A stretch of DNA of 64,000 nt from Sphagnum compactum (Eukaryota): contig OZ234493.1 of the NCBI GenBank assembly GCA_965153455.1, positions 31,424,213 through 31,488,212 of the forward strand, in the 5' to 3' direction. Position 1 is the first letter of the stretch, and every line of letters starts with the position of its first letter. The notes beneath the pieces were generated by a model. That model saw only the letters and a program-made list of their open reading frames with translations. It was not told the origin of the DNA and did no database searches. Below, in pieces: positions 14,851 through 26,899 of the stretch. The position numbers were made by a program, and so were the translations under genes.

Positions 14851-16347
14851 TGCATCATCATTAATTTCAAAACAACAGAGGTTCTATGTACTATCCACTG
14901 GTGGGCGGTTATTTGATTTTTAAATAATTGATAATTCCCATTTTTTCAACATTTCAAAATCAAAGAACTTTCAATTCCAATTTTTGAGAAAAAATAGAAA
15001 CCTCAAGAAGCTTATGCATTCAATTATCAAGTTTCACATAGATCCACTAGTTCATAAACAACAGCCAAGTTCCTACTTCCTTACCACAGATTCTATCCTT
15101 ACACCTCCTCAATCCATTACAATTATTGAAGTACAACCATATGGCTTCTCTAAACGCCTTATACTTCTACCGAACTAACTTCTACATAGAAATATTGTTG
15201 TAGAGATTATTGGATCAACATTTTCTGGACTCTCTCATTAGGCCATTGTGGGTCTTACATAGAACTAGTTTTCACAACCCAAACCCAAAGAACCTTTCCC
15301 CACAGCTTACCTAGAAATGTAACATAAAAGAGATGGCATCCCCAACTACACCAATTCCTTGGAGTTCCCAAATTTAGGGTCTCAGCTTTCTGGTTAACTA
15401 CCCAATCGAAATTCTACTAAAGCTTTTCCCACCATCTCACTCACACAGTAAGAAAGTACATCCCAACATAACACAAAACCCTCCTTGTAAGATTTTGACA
15501 TTGATTTCTCCAGAGTTCCTTGGAGACGATTTCAACTTTTTGGAAAGTCCCTAAACAGAATCCACACAAACAGGTATCCTCTTAGACTAGCCAATATTGT
15601 CCCTTAGGGAGTTCCATCAATTCCAACATCTCTACATTTTGTATTCATCTTTCTAGCACTGTTATTCCAAATCCTTACTCCAAAACGCAGCGGAAGAAGA
15701 CCTGGAGTAAGATACACAACAACATTATGTTTCAGGGCATTCCTCCCATTCACCATATCTTAATCACAAACTTCACCACACAAAGAAAAAAGAAAGAAAG
15801 TGCTTAGCTTTCAGCAACCCGCTCTTTTTATTCACCGACGTCCCTTACACAGCCCACCATTTCCAAAAAACCATGAAAAGCTCCAAACAACCTTCATCAA
15901 TTCCGCCGCTCTAGCATTCTGCAAAGTAAGCACACACCACACCGTGGAACAATAATGCTTCAGAATTTGATGAGGTTCATATCCGTTTTGATATCCGTTG
16001 TTTTTGCTCTTTTGGATATGTCGAAACACAGCAGCTCCTCTCTCTTTCTCTCTCTCTCTCTCGCTCTCAGCCACACGCTGCTGCGTGCGTCGTCTGCTGA
16101 AAGCATGCACGCCAGGACACGCCATGCCGCGGCAACGCGTGTCCACGAGCCAGACCCCAGAGTACCACAACCCTGGTCCGCGGACCGTGGATCTTTCCAT
16201 TGGGTCGCACATCCAACGGATAGGGATGAGTAGATTTGATGAGCCAAGTAATCAGCCTTTCGTTTCACCTACCAGTCGGTTTTGATGACGCCAGCTGACG
16301 CCATTCCACAAGCCTCGGTTGGCGTCGAAGGGCCGGTCAGACCAAGT

Positions 16348-16635
16348 CACGGTTTTGGGGTCAATTTTGTGATGATGTAGCCAAAGTGGCGATCATCCAC
16401 AGGAAGATTTAGCCAGATTTTGGCTAAAAGATAAATACGAAAGTAAAAAACCTTAAACATTCTTCTATATTTTTTGGCTATCTACTTAAACATATAGAAA
16501 TACGGCGACTCTTATTAAAATTTGGTCAACTTACGGCTATTGAGAAACGCCAGAAAACACTTGATTTCAACACTTTTATTTTTTTTATTTTCTCTTTTGG
16601 GCTCTATATATAGCCAGCCCCCAAAAAAGAGGCTG
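16348..16635 (+). mobile_element. MITE-like repeat copy (hAT-type family)
   Basis: Aligns along its length with 16708-16991 (core GTAGCCAAAGTGGCGATCATCC..GGAAGATTTAGCC, CACTTGATTTCA, end AAAAAAGAGGCTG). No TSD is visible for this copy. Confidence 0.6.
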
Positions 16636-16639
16636 GCAC

Positions 16640-17285
16640 TGCTTTGCAAGAACATCCGGTTATGGATAAAATCTGAGCCTGCCCGGAGAAGTTCCGTGTG
16701 TGCTTTGCAATGTTTTTTTGGTGTCAATTTTGTGAAATAGCCAAAAGTGGCGATCATCCGTAGGAAGATTTAGCCATATTTGGCTACAAGTTAAATATGA
16801 AAGCTAAAAACTTTGAATATCCTTATACATTTTCGGCTACCTCCATGAGCCATATATAGAAATCTGGAAAATTTTCTTAAATTTTGGTCGAATTATGGCT
16901 ATCGAAAATCCCTAGAGATCACTTGATTTCAGCACTTTTAATTTTGAATTTCGATTTTGGCTATATATATAGCGTGCCAAAAAAAAGGCTGGTGCTTTGC
17001 AAGAACTTTTCCGTCACGGATCAAATCTGAGCCTGCCCGAAGAAATTCCGTGTCTGCGGCTTTGCGAGAACGTCTAGTCACGGATAAATTCCACACCTGC
17101 CCGAAGAAGTTCCGTGTGCTGTGCCTTGCAAGAACGTCCAGTCACGGATAAATTCTGCACCTGCCCGAAGAAGAAGTTCCGTGCGGGTGTGCTTTGCAAA
17201 AATGTCCAGTCACAGAGAAATTCTTCGCCTGCCCGAAGAAGCTCCGTGTGGGTGTGGTTTGCAGGAACGTCGAGGGACAGAGAAC
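16640..17285 (+). repeat. GC-rich ~63-bp tandem repeat array upstream of CGLD27
   Basis: About 5-6 imperfect units of CTTTGCAAGAACGTCCAGTCACGGATAAATTCTGCACCTGCCCGAAGAAGTTCCGTGTG. The first unit is separated from the rest by the MITE at 16708-16991. Confidence 0.85.
16708..16991 (+). mobile_element. hAT-type MITE with an 8-bp target-site duplication
   Basis: GTGCTTTG occurs at 16700-16707 and again at 16992-16999. Ends CAATGTTTTTTT...AAAAAAGGCTG form imperfect short TIRs (CAG-N2-Tn). 8-bp TSDs are characteristic of the hAT superfamily. Confidence 0.8.
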
Positions 17286-17561
17286 GCGAAAGGAGAGAAG
17301 TGGGGATTTGCGTGTGCGTCAATTCCCCACAACTTTTCAGGTTTTCGCAGACGCATTTTTGAGCGATGAAGTGTGCGCTAGTTGCGTGGTTGGTACTGTG
17401 AAGAAAATCCACAAAACGGAAGGGAAACCAAATTTTTTGGTGCCTTATACAGTTAGTTAGAGGTCGACGACTTGGAAGAAGAAGAAAGCGCTGGGTTTGC
17501 AGGATTCTTGCGGGTTTTGGTTGGCGGGGCGTCGTGGGGACGGGAGCTGGTGGAGGCCAAG

Positions 17562-17886
17562 ATGGAGGCTGTTATACTGCTGCAACCGGTGAAGAATCTC
17601 ATAGCTAGGGAGCATGGAAGGAGATCATGGCTTGCGAGAAAGTGTGGGACGAGTTTGAGAAATTCTCCACGGAACATGCAGCAGCAGATGTTCGGCGCCC
17701 TGGGTGGTGAGCAGTGTAGGTTTGCGCCTCTCATGGGTGGTTTACGGCGGCGATGGCAAGTAGTAGTAGTTGTGCGCGCATTTTCCAACAATTCTGACTC
17801 TAAAGGTAATAACAACGAGGATGCAGAGGCCGGATGGGAGTCTACTTTCGAGATTGAAGTGCCCTCGGACCAGCGTCCTGTAAGAA

Positions 17887-17936
<50 letters not shown>

Positions 17937-20068
17937 AATTTTTTGTTTTCTTGTTGTCCCTTGCTCTCAGTTTTGCTCAGTCTCGCCCACTTCTTCGGTG
18001 GTTTGATCCAGACTTCCAAAATATTTTCAGTAGATTTGGCCACACACCCAATGATGCACATGCCAGGAAGAAGAAAAAGAAGGAGGAGCAGTGAGTCTAG
18101 AGATTAGGTGGTGATGATGATGATGACTACGATGATGATGGCAGGTGAATGAGCTTGCGGCTTTGAAGGAGGGAGCTTTATACTCTTGGGCACAGTTGAG
18201 CCCTGTAGAATTTGCTGTGCGAATAGGAGGCTTGTGGTTGCTATTTTTCCTTCTTCTAGGTGGCCCAATTGCGGCAGGAAGCTTTGAACCAACTCGTGTA
18301 AGCTAAGCTTTTCTTTCCTTCCTCTGGACTTAGGCCAGCAGTTTTCAGTAGAAAACTGGAAACTGCTTTTTTGTTTGTGTCCAGCCCTGGAATCTCATCT
18401 TTTGTGCTATTACCTTACATGGGTTTTGTAAAATCTGCACAGAGCAATTCATAGTGAATTTTTTTTTGTTTAAGGCTTTTGATCTACACAGAGTAATTCA
18501 TAGTGAATTTTTTTTGTTTTAAGGCTTTTGATCTGCACAGAGCAATTCATAGTGAATTTTGTTTTGTTTTTGGGGGATGATGGGGAATTTTGGAATTGCA
18601 GGAGCCTCTGAAATTTGTCCTAGCAGGAGGTGCCGGTTCATTATTTGCAGTTGCAGTGCTGTTGTTGCGCATGTACTTGGTAGCCTCTCACTCTCCCCAG
18701 TGCTGCCAGCAGCCACAAGCATTTGCAGTGAACATCACCAAAAAGAACCGAAATATGCTGAGCACTGCTGGCTGAACATTTGGAGCTTCTGATTTTTTAT
18801 AACATATTGTGTTAACAGGATTCTATCTTCATTGCAGGGTTGGAGCTATGTGGGTGACAGGCTTTTATCAGCAGTAGTTCCATATGAGGAAACAGGGTGG
18901 TATGACGGTCAGCTTTATGTAAAACCTCCTGAGGTCTGTGTACTCACCCTTGCCATGGCATGTGCATCAGCTCCATTTCTGGAAGCCAATGCTCTTTGTC
19001 ACATCAGCTCTTTGGATGATGTGTGTGTCTGTCTCTACATAGATATAGGATTCTCGTTGTCAAGCTTGACTTTTTCTCAGTTCAGAACTTAGGAAATTTG
19101 TTTGGCATTTTCGTCATTTGTGGTGTTGTCTCCTGGATTGTGTGTGACCAGCAGATTTTGGCTCGTGATCGGTTGCTGGGTGCTTATCAGGTTCGATACA
19201 TACTGAGCCCACCTTTACCCCATTTACTGTTAAATATGATAAGAGACAGTAGTTTCCATGGGGGTGTTTTTCTAGTGTTCCCTGATGCTTCTAGGTATGG
19301 ATGAGTGCAAGAGCTTCAGTCTGTGATCAGACAATCTCTTCAAAGGGTTGACAATCATTCATCTTGGCTATCAATTCCTTGGAGATGATGATGATACTTG
19401 GGTGTGTAGTGACCCAGCCTTATTATGTAGGTGATAGGATTTCTTGCAGTGACCTGGGATTCTTGCAGGCCAGTTTCAAAATGGGAGCTTCAAATTTGAG
19501 ATCAAACTCTCGCACTGTTTGGCATGTTGTACAGGAAGGACATGGGGTATGGAGTTGAAAGGCTAGTCACCCACCTTATTGAAACAAAAAATTTAGCATG
19601 TTTGAGTGCAGGTGAAGCCAGTCATGAATCGGCTGAAACAAACTTTGATAGGTGCAGGAGCGTTACTAGCCACTGCAACTGCTGCATTGGTGGTCCTTTC
19701 ACCAGTCCAAGACTCATCTGACATGCTTATGTTTCCTTCACCAAGGCATACATCTGAGGCCCTGACTGCAGATAGCAATGCTAGTTTCCAGCTCAAACTT
19801 GCTGCACTGGGGTCTATTATTTTACTGGTTGTTGTTTGCTATGGCTAAAGGATCTTTGTGGCATTAAAATTGACCTAAATCAACACATGCTCTATGCATC
19901 TGCAGGAAATTGGATCTTCTGAATCCACCTGTTGCTGTTATGGACGATGATGAGTTGGCAGCAGCAGCTGCTGCTGCAGCAAAAGGGAGGCCTGTATACT
20001 GTGCAGACCGCTATTATCGAGCGCTTGCAGGAGGGCAGTACTGTAAGTGGGAGGATTTACGGAAGTAG
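17562..20068 (+). CDS. CGLD27: Chloroplast CGLD27 / DUF1230 (Ycf36-like) membrane protein, 7 exons
   Basis: Exons 17562-17879, 18145-18297, 18602-18679, 18838-18933, 19155-19190, 19612-19811 (or 19745 with a GC donor) and 19906-20068 splice in frame. The product has EVPSDQRPVNELAALKEGALYSW...GWSYVGDRLLSAVVPYEETGWYDGQLYVKPPEILARDRLLGAYQVKP...GRPVYCADRYYRALAGGQYCKWEDLRK*, with an Arg/Ser-rich transit-peptide-like N-terminus. Confidence 0.92.
17889..17934 (+). repeat. (TC)23 microsatellite in CGLD27 intron 1
   Basis: Read directly, 9 nt downstream of the GT donor at 17880. Confidence 0.95.
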
Positions 20069-23000
20069 GACAACTGAATGGCACGAAATATCCAAGTGCT
20101 GCATTGTTGGGATTATTTTCTTCCTATAAAAGACAGTGTTTAGGATTTCAGTGTGGTGCACTGTATGTCACTCATCAATGTGCTTGCAGTTTCACAAAAT
20201 TCATGTAACATTTCTAATAGCTTCCCAATTTTTTTAGCAACTGATTTAACAGGTGTTTTTTTGCATATTTCCATGTTCAGATCTGCTTGGACTTCCAAGC
20301 TTTCAGAAGATTTAGGCTGAGTTGATTATGATAGCAGAGAGAACCTGACGGTGACCATTTCAACACCTAGTGGCGAATTCCACAAGTCCTGGAGTTGTGC
20401 CTGAGCTTTTGACTACCTGAAATTTGGTCCGTTTCTCTACACAGGATTGTTTGGTACTTGTTTTGTTTGTACTATATGATGTTGAAAGTTGAAATCAACT
20501 GAATTTTTGTGGTGAGATGTGCTGTCTTTTCAACAGATGCTAACATGAAGCTTGCTGATGTGATGTTGTCTCTAGTGTTGGGAACTTGTGCAAGCAGAAC
20601 ACCAGTTTTCCTCAAAACCCTTTACACTAGCAAAGGGTTTGAACTTACAGAGTGTACAGTATAAGTTTCTATGAATAGATACAACAATTTTCTCAATATA
20701 TGGTGGTGGGTGTATCTGATGCTTGCAGCATGTTTCTTCTTGAAGAAACATGCTCTTAAAGGTCAGGTGACCAAGTTTTCACTAGGCAAAAGATTGCTTG
20801 TTTATTGAATATATTTGATGTTGTACTCTTTCTGTCTCTTTCCAAAATTTTCCCAGTGCATACATCATGTGTCATGATCTTTTGAGTTGACCTGCTACAG
20901 ATATAAAGAGAGATTGGTAGACTCTCTGTTGTAATCCAGTTTTCATCCCCCAAGGGGCATATGGAGAGGAGCTTGACAAGGTCAAAAATGACAAGGTCAA
21001 AAATGTTTTAAATTGTTTGTTTGATATCTTCAAGGATTTGCTCTCTAGAATCCTCTGTTACAACTGCATTGTTGTGAGCTGTGTGGATCAACAATTCAAG
21101 CTGGACTAGTCATGATTACTCAGCAGTTGAACGTCAGGCAATGTTGATTATTGTCACTTGTGTGACATTAGTCTATTTGGTTTCCAGTTGCTTACAATCT
21201 CCTTTGTGCCTATGCTGGTCTACAAGGATGAACTCAATTCAATTCTTGTTAGTGGGGTCAATCTGAAGGGAAGTTACTTCCATTTTTTTTCTCAAATGAT
21301 GTGAAAGAAATATAAGGTGCAACTTATTGAAAAAAAGGTAAGATTTACGATTTACTCACAAAACTGAAGGTGATTGGCCTTTGCAATGAGATACTCTAAC
21401 TTGCCATAATGCCTTCCTTGCTTGCATTATGTGTAGAGCCAAGTTATCAATTTGTTGTTTAGCACCCAAGTCTGTATATGAAACACCTAACTTGAACAGC
21501 ATTAGTGGGTTGTATTCAAAGTGACTGGCATATGAGACGGACCTATGGGTAGAAAGAAATTCAGAAATCTACATGCAGCTGTTAATGGCAGGCTCCTTAT
21601 AGACTCATGTCATCCTCTTCAAATTCATAACAGAGGTCACATTTGTAACACATTGTAAGTGCAGAGTTTAGCAGAACACCAATGCGGACAAGGTCTCTGC
21701 AGTGTTGATTCAAGCTCTGGTGGCTGAGTTTGTGGATGGATACAGAACTGGCAAAGAAGGTATCCAATATCCTAGACAGGCGGTGAGCTGTTTCAAAAGT
21801 GAATTAAATTTTCATTTGATGCATCTTCTGATGTGTTGTTGGCAGTTTACAATGGCATGCTCTTTTTGTTGTCATGAGGACTAATAGCAAAGACCCAATT
21901 TTTCCATTAGATGGGACTCATGAAGGGCTGGGTGCCCACAGGTGGTTAAAAGCCATAGTTCACTCGTGTTCATTGGCACAAAGCATACTTTCTGGCGTCA
22001 CAATTTCCCAAGGTACTAGAGTCCTTATCACATGCAGCAGGTAGACAATTCAACATATTGTTTGTGTATGCTCCATACTTTGGAATCAGTGTGGCAACAA
22101 ACTTTGAGCTCAAATGCACATAGGCTTCAATGTACCAATTCAACCAAAACTTAAGATACCAAAGATTGTTATAGGGTGCTGTGTAACCTTCGTCCCACAA
22201 TTGTTTGAGATGTGGTTCTTTGTAAGTGAGTGGGTGTTCATTACACTGCAGTGATAGAACATGCAGAGTTGGGTGTCATCTGGACAGCACTTCTGAATGC
22301 CCAGGGAATGAAATTTTCATGAAGATTTATCTTTACCCATTTTGAGTGTGCCTTTTAGTGGATGTTCATAGCCATCATTGGTTCCAAACAACACTTTCAA
22401 CTTGGTTGTCTGGACCATCATCTCTCTAGTTTGTGATGCATCATTGCCAGGGAATTCAACTCTACATGATGGGAGATGAAAGGCTATCTTTTGTTGATCT
22501 GACAGACAGCTAAATTGAGGAATGAAGTAGCAATTGGGAATTCAGCAGAGACAACAAAGTGGAGACAGTTCTTGTACCCACTATACCCTAACATTCTGTT
22601 TCCAATCACTGGAGGGTGGACTCCTGGGAGCAAGCTCCAAGGATGTGAAGTACTGCTACACTATGATAGGTAATATAGGTAGCTTACTCCCAGTCTGAGA
22701 TCACATCAATTTCATGCCAAACTATGACCTGCAAGTGTTGAATCCAAGCCCAAAGGAAACACCCTTGACAATCATGCCAGGGGATGCTCTTGTAGTCATC
22801 TCTGACATTTATGTTCTGTATGAGGCCATAACCAACACCACAGTATCATGTCATCTGTTAACATGTGACAACATGGGTTTTCTTCTGCAGGTTGCATATG
22901 GTCGGTCACCACTGCAATGTCCTCTCACAGTTTGAAAGCATAAGTTCAGAATTTTCTTCAGATGTTGCATCCCAACAAAAAAATCAACATCAATCTTGAC

Positions 23001-23915
23001 CACTGCAACATGATCTACAGAGAAAAGGAAAATATTGCAATAGAAAGCACAAGAGCCACACAAAATTGCATGTGTCAATCTGTACTTCAAGGCACAAAAT
23101 TACAAAGTGAAGCTATGCTTGCCAACAGCAATTCCTTGGTTATTGCTTAATAGCTTCTTCCAAAATCACAGAAAATTAATAACTTAAATATCGCAAGTTT
23201 GTATACAAGTAAATCTACACCACCCCCACCCTTCAAGTTCTTTTAAGGGTATCTTGTTGTAGTTCTGTATGTCAGCTTTACAAATGCACCACCATAACTG
23301 GCACAACCCCAAAAAAATCAACATGCACAATGTGTGCCCATTACTGCTCCATTTTCTAGCATATCAAAATATATCACTGTGTGGCTTCACTGAAAGAACC
23401 AGACCTCAGTAGACTCTTATAACCCTCCAAGTTTGTGTCAGATCCTTATGACTCTTGGAATGTGGGTTTCACAAGTTTTGCAACATTAACTATGCCACCA
23501 GTCTCTGAGCTGCCACAAAGTTTCTTTCTATAATTACAGAGACTTGAACAAAGCACCCTTCATAAATATTACTTACAAGCCATGATTTTCCAAAGCACAT
23601 TTCCTAGCACAATCCTCCTTTTTGTTAGGCAGCTCCAAGCACTTGGAGCTAATATGTGTAGGCAACCCTGGCAAAAAGCTGTGAAAAGCCTTGATTAGCC
23701 CAGGTAAGGTCTATGTGCGTGCACCTTGATGCAGTTTGTGAATACAGAAACTGCTTGAAACCCTTCGAACTGATTGTGGCAGACTCCCTTGAGCTTCTCA
23801 AATGGATACCAAGTGCTGAAAGAATATAGAGAGGGGACACCGTCACCACTGAGAAGGAAAACCCAAAACAAATTTGTGCTGTCACCAATAGCCCACAATA
23901 TATAGTAGCCCACTC

Positions 23916-24818
23916 TCAAGGTGTTGTTGAATCAGACATACTTATCTCTGGTTCTGGGAAACTGAAATTGGCATCCATAGTAAATGCCCCTGTTGGTGAG
24001 AAAGTGGAACTCATGCCAAACATACCAAAGCCGCCCAGTCCAGTGGGACTGGGCAAGCCAAAGGGAATGGCGAATTTCGGAGACAAAGGAGAAGGGAATC
24101 GTGTTGGTACTGGAACATGAACAAGTGGAGCAGCATCTGCTGCTGTAGCTGATGATGATTCGTGTCTCACATGATGATGATTTCCTCCCCCTGCACCTGC
24201 ATTTTCTGCTGGCTGCTGCTGCTGTAGCACCCCAGCAGCTTTGGGGGACTCCAAGGAGCTCAAGGAACTGGCCCATACATTGTCACTTGGACTCAAGACT
24301 GGCAGAGGAGAAAAGGAGAGAGGAGACACTGGAAACGGTGAAACTCTTTGGGAAGAAAGAGGGGAAAACCTCCCAAAAGGTAAAGGACTAAAACCTGGAG
24401 CAGATGTTGCCAAGGGTAAGGGGGCTGCTGCTGCTGCTCCAGTTTGGGGTTGTTGATGCAGAGTTGGGTATGCGAAAGTCGGCCGCAACGGCGGTGGGGC
24501 AATCTTCTGCAACCGTGAGACAGTAGGCTTAGTTGGCGGAGGGCCCGGTTCCCTTTCTCCTGAAGAAGATGATGATGATGATGGTGATGGTGATGAGGAG
24601 GAGGGGGAAGTACCCGTCAACTGTTGTACCAAAGACCTAAAATCACCGGGCTCAGTCTTGTAAATCTGGGCTGTTGCTCGAGGTTGCGCCACCGGCCGCC
24701 GTAACCCCTTGGCTATCTTGCTGGAAGCTCTGTTCACTGCCAGAGGTCCACCACTCCGGCCTCTTCCCCCAACATCCCCTGCTCCATCCGACATATCCAT
24801 GGCCATAGGATCTGACAT
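23916..24818 (-). CDS. VQ-motif-containing protein (300 aa, single exon)
   Basis: IYKTEPGDFRSLVQQLTG matches the FxxxVQxLTG VQ motif, followed by SRLQKIAPPPLRP and many SP/TP sites typical of MAPK-substrate VQ proteins. A GA-rich 5' leader lies upstream. Confidence 0.92.
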   Translation of the reverse strand: MSDPMAMDMSDGAGDVGGRGRSGGPLAVNRASSKIAKGLRRPVAQPRATAQIYKTEPGDFRSLVQQLTGTSPSSSSPSPSSSSSSSGEREPGPPPTKPTVSRLQKIAPPPLRPTFAYPTLHQQPQTGAAAAAPLPLATSAPGFSPLPFGRFSPLSSQRVSPFPVSPLSFSPLPVLSPSDNVWASSLSSLESPKAAGVLQQQQPAENAGAGGGNHHHVRHESSSATAADAAPLVHVPVPTRFPSPLSPKFAIPFGLPSPTGLGGFGMFGMSSTFSPTGAFTMDANFSFPEPEISMSDSTTP

Positions 24819-25569
24819 ACCCTACTACTTCCTGCCTTCTCCCAAATTCCCAACTCCTTCCAAAATTCACAACCCGGTGACCACCGCTTCTTCAAACACA
24901 GGAAAAAAAAAAAAATCTTCTTCTGCTGTTGCTGCTGCTGCTACTGCTACTTCTCCCCCCTGTTCTCCCCCTTGCCTGCCTTCCTTCCAAAAAAGGTTTC
25001 TAATGGAGTGTCTCCCCAACAGCACCAAATCCCAAACCCTTCCAAAAAACCTTTCAACACATGATAGATTCTTTCTTCTTCTTCTTCTTCTTTTTCTACT
25101 ACCTCCTCTGGCTCATCCTTCTCCTCCTGCTGCTCACCTTTCAACACCCAAGTTCCACAATTCCAAATCCTCCCAAAACTATCAAAATCCGGCTTCCTGT
25201 CCTCCACAACTCCGGTCACCTAAGACGACAGACACCAAGAGCTTGAAACCCACCCTCACTCCCGAACTCTGCACTAAACCACTACCCAAGAAGGAAACAT
25301 GAAAGCTCCGATGCCAATTCACTCAACCTCTTGCCACATCCCTCTCTCTCTCCCCTCGTCCGTCCCTCTCTTTCTCTGTCTCTGTCTTCTTCCCGAAGCC
25401 CCAACTCCTTTCCCACCTCGCAGTTAACAAATCAAAGAACGAGAAAGACGCTGAGAAAGGGAATTATTATGACTTACGTGTGCCCTTCCTCCTCCTCTCC
25501 TCCCTCCGTTCAGTGTTTTTATTTATTTATTTATTTATTATTACTTTTTTTTTAGGAATTTTTGTTGTA

Positions 25570-26560
25570 GCCTTATAAGTGGCGATTATGGGTAGAAAGA
25601 TGTTCTTTTTTTAAAGAAAGAGAAAGTGGCGATTATGAGTAAAAAGATGTTTTTTTTTTTTTTAAAGAAAGAAAAAGTGGCGATCATCCCTCGGAAGATT
25701 TATTAAGCCAAATCTGGGCTATAAACCTTTTTATATCAAGCACAGAATTTTAATCATTACATATAGTAAAGGAACAATGGTACCGACAATGAAGCCGCCC
25801 CTGAAGCCGGACGGACAGTGTGGACCACGACACTCGGCTGCCTCTGACCTGGAACTCGAGTGCGTGTGAATATCGCGGCCGTGGAATTTCGGCTGTGGAC
25901 GGATTGGATCGAGTTTTGGCAGGCAAAGGCCACAGCCCTACTTTTTTTTTGTTGGAAATTTTAATGAAGGGAGTGGGGGGGAAAAAAAAACTATGGACCT
26001 GTGGGCTACTTATTAGGAGTTTTTTTAATTAAAAAAATTGGGGGTGGGGAAGGGGGTGTATAACTTGGGGTTATTGATTTTATTTCTCATAGTTGCAATA
26101 ACCCGTGGTACCTATTCATTGAATTGAGGGGTGGGCCGGGGTCCTTTTGGGTGATTTTTTGGGGGTGTTTTTTTTTGTCCGGAGTCAGGCACCGCACAAG
26201 GCACGTAGGTGTAAGATCCCTCTCACTCTTAAGGCCTAGGCATAAGAATCCCTCCTCTTTTCCAAGTGGGAGAATATTCAAGGGGGGGGATCGACGGGTT
26301 AAAGACCCGGACTGGGAAATGCGAAGGATCGGGCGGGGGGGGGGCTCGACGGGTTAAAGACCCGGAGTGGGAAATGTGAAGGACCGGGCGGGGGGGGGGG
26401 TTCAACGGGGTTGAACCAAACATTGTTGAGATAACACACCTGTGCCTTAGGCACGGGGCACACACTAGTGCTTCTATATATAAATTCTGGCTATTTATTT
26501 ATTGGAACTAAATTTAGCAATCTTGGAAAAAAAATTTAAACCAAAAAAAAAAATCTGTAT
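25570..26560 (+). mobile_element. MITE-family copy hosting a Helitron insertion
   Basis: Core AAGTGGCGATCATCCCTCGGAAGATT...AGCCAAAT at 25676-25715, with AAGTGGCGAT repeated three times. Removing 25757-26468 restores ...TTTAATCA|TGCTTCTATAT...TGGCTA, like AAACATTCTTCTATATTTTTTGGCTA in the 16.4-kb copy. Confidence 0.55.
25757..26468 (+). mobile_element. Non-autonomous Helitron-like element
   Basis: Inserted between A (25756) and T (26469) without a TSD. The 3' end has the hairpin CCTGTGCC-TTA-GGCACGGG followed by CACACACTAG. The 5' end is TTACATATAGTAAAG (TT rather than the canonical TC). Internal G-rich repeats CGACGGGTTAAAGACCCGGA are shared with 27870-28546. Confidence 0.7.
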
Positions 26561-26899
26561 TCTTGCTATTGAAAGTAGTCTTTTCTTTTCAACAAGTTTT
26601 GCCATGTTTTTACCCAATTCAATTCAATTGGGGAGTATTTTTATTTTTCTTTGTTAGGGTGAAGTTTTAAAAATAAAATTGCTAAAATTTGTGGGAAAAA
26701 TAGTCAAATTCTCAAGAGCAAAAAATTGGAAAATAATAATAATAAGAATAATAATAATAATAAAATCTTGATTAAACCCACTCCCCTCCCCCCTCTCCCC
26801 CTCTCAGAAGAGTAACCATTTTAATTTTTTTGAATTTTTTGTTTCGCCAGAAATTTTGACAAACTTTCGCCAGGAGAAAAAAGAAAAAAAACGGCCTGC

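Noticed and set aside
16640-17285. CRISPR-like array
   Set aside because: Units are contiguous and similar along their whole length, with no unique spacers or cas genes, and the context is eukaryotic.
17453-18061. 202-aa minus-strand ORF
   Set aside because: Antisense shadow of CGLD27 exon 1 plus the (TC)n tract, which gives the RERERE run.
24709-25302. 197-aa plus-strand ORF
   Set aside because: Antisense to the VQ start and its low-complexity 5' leader; no domain evident.
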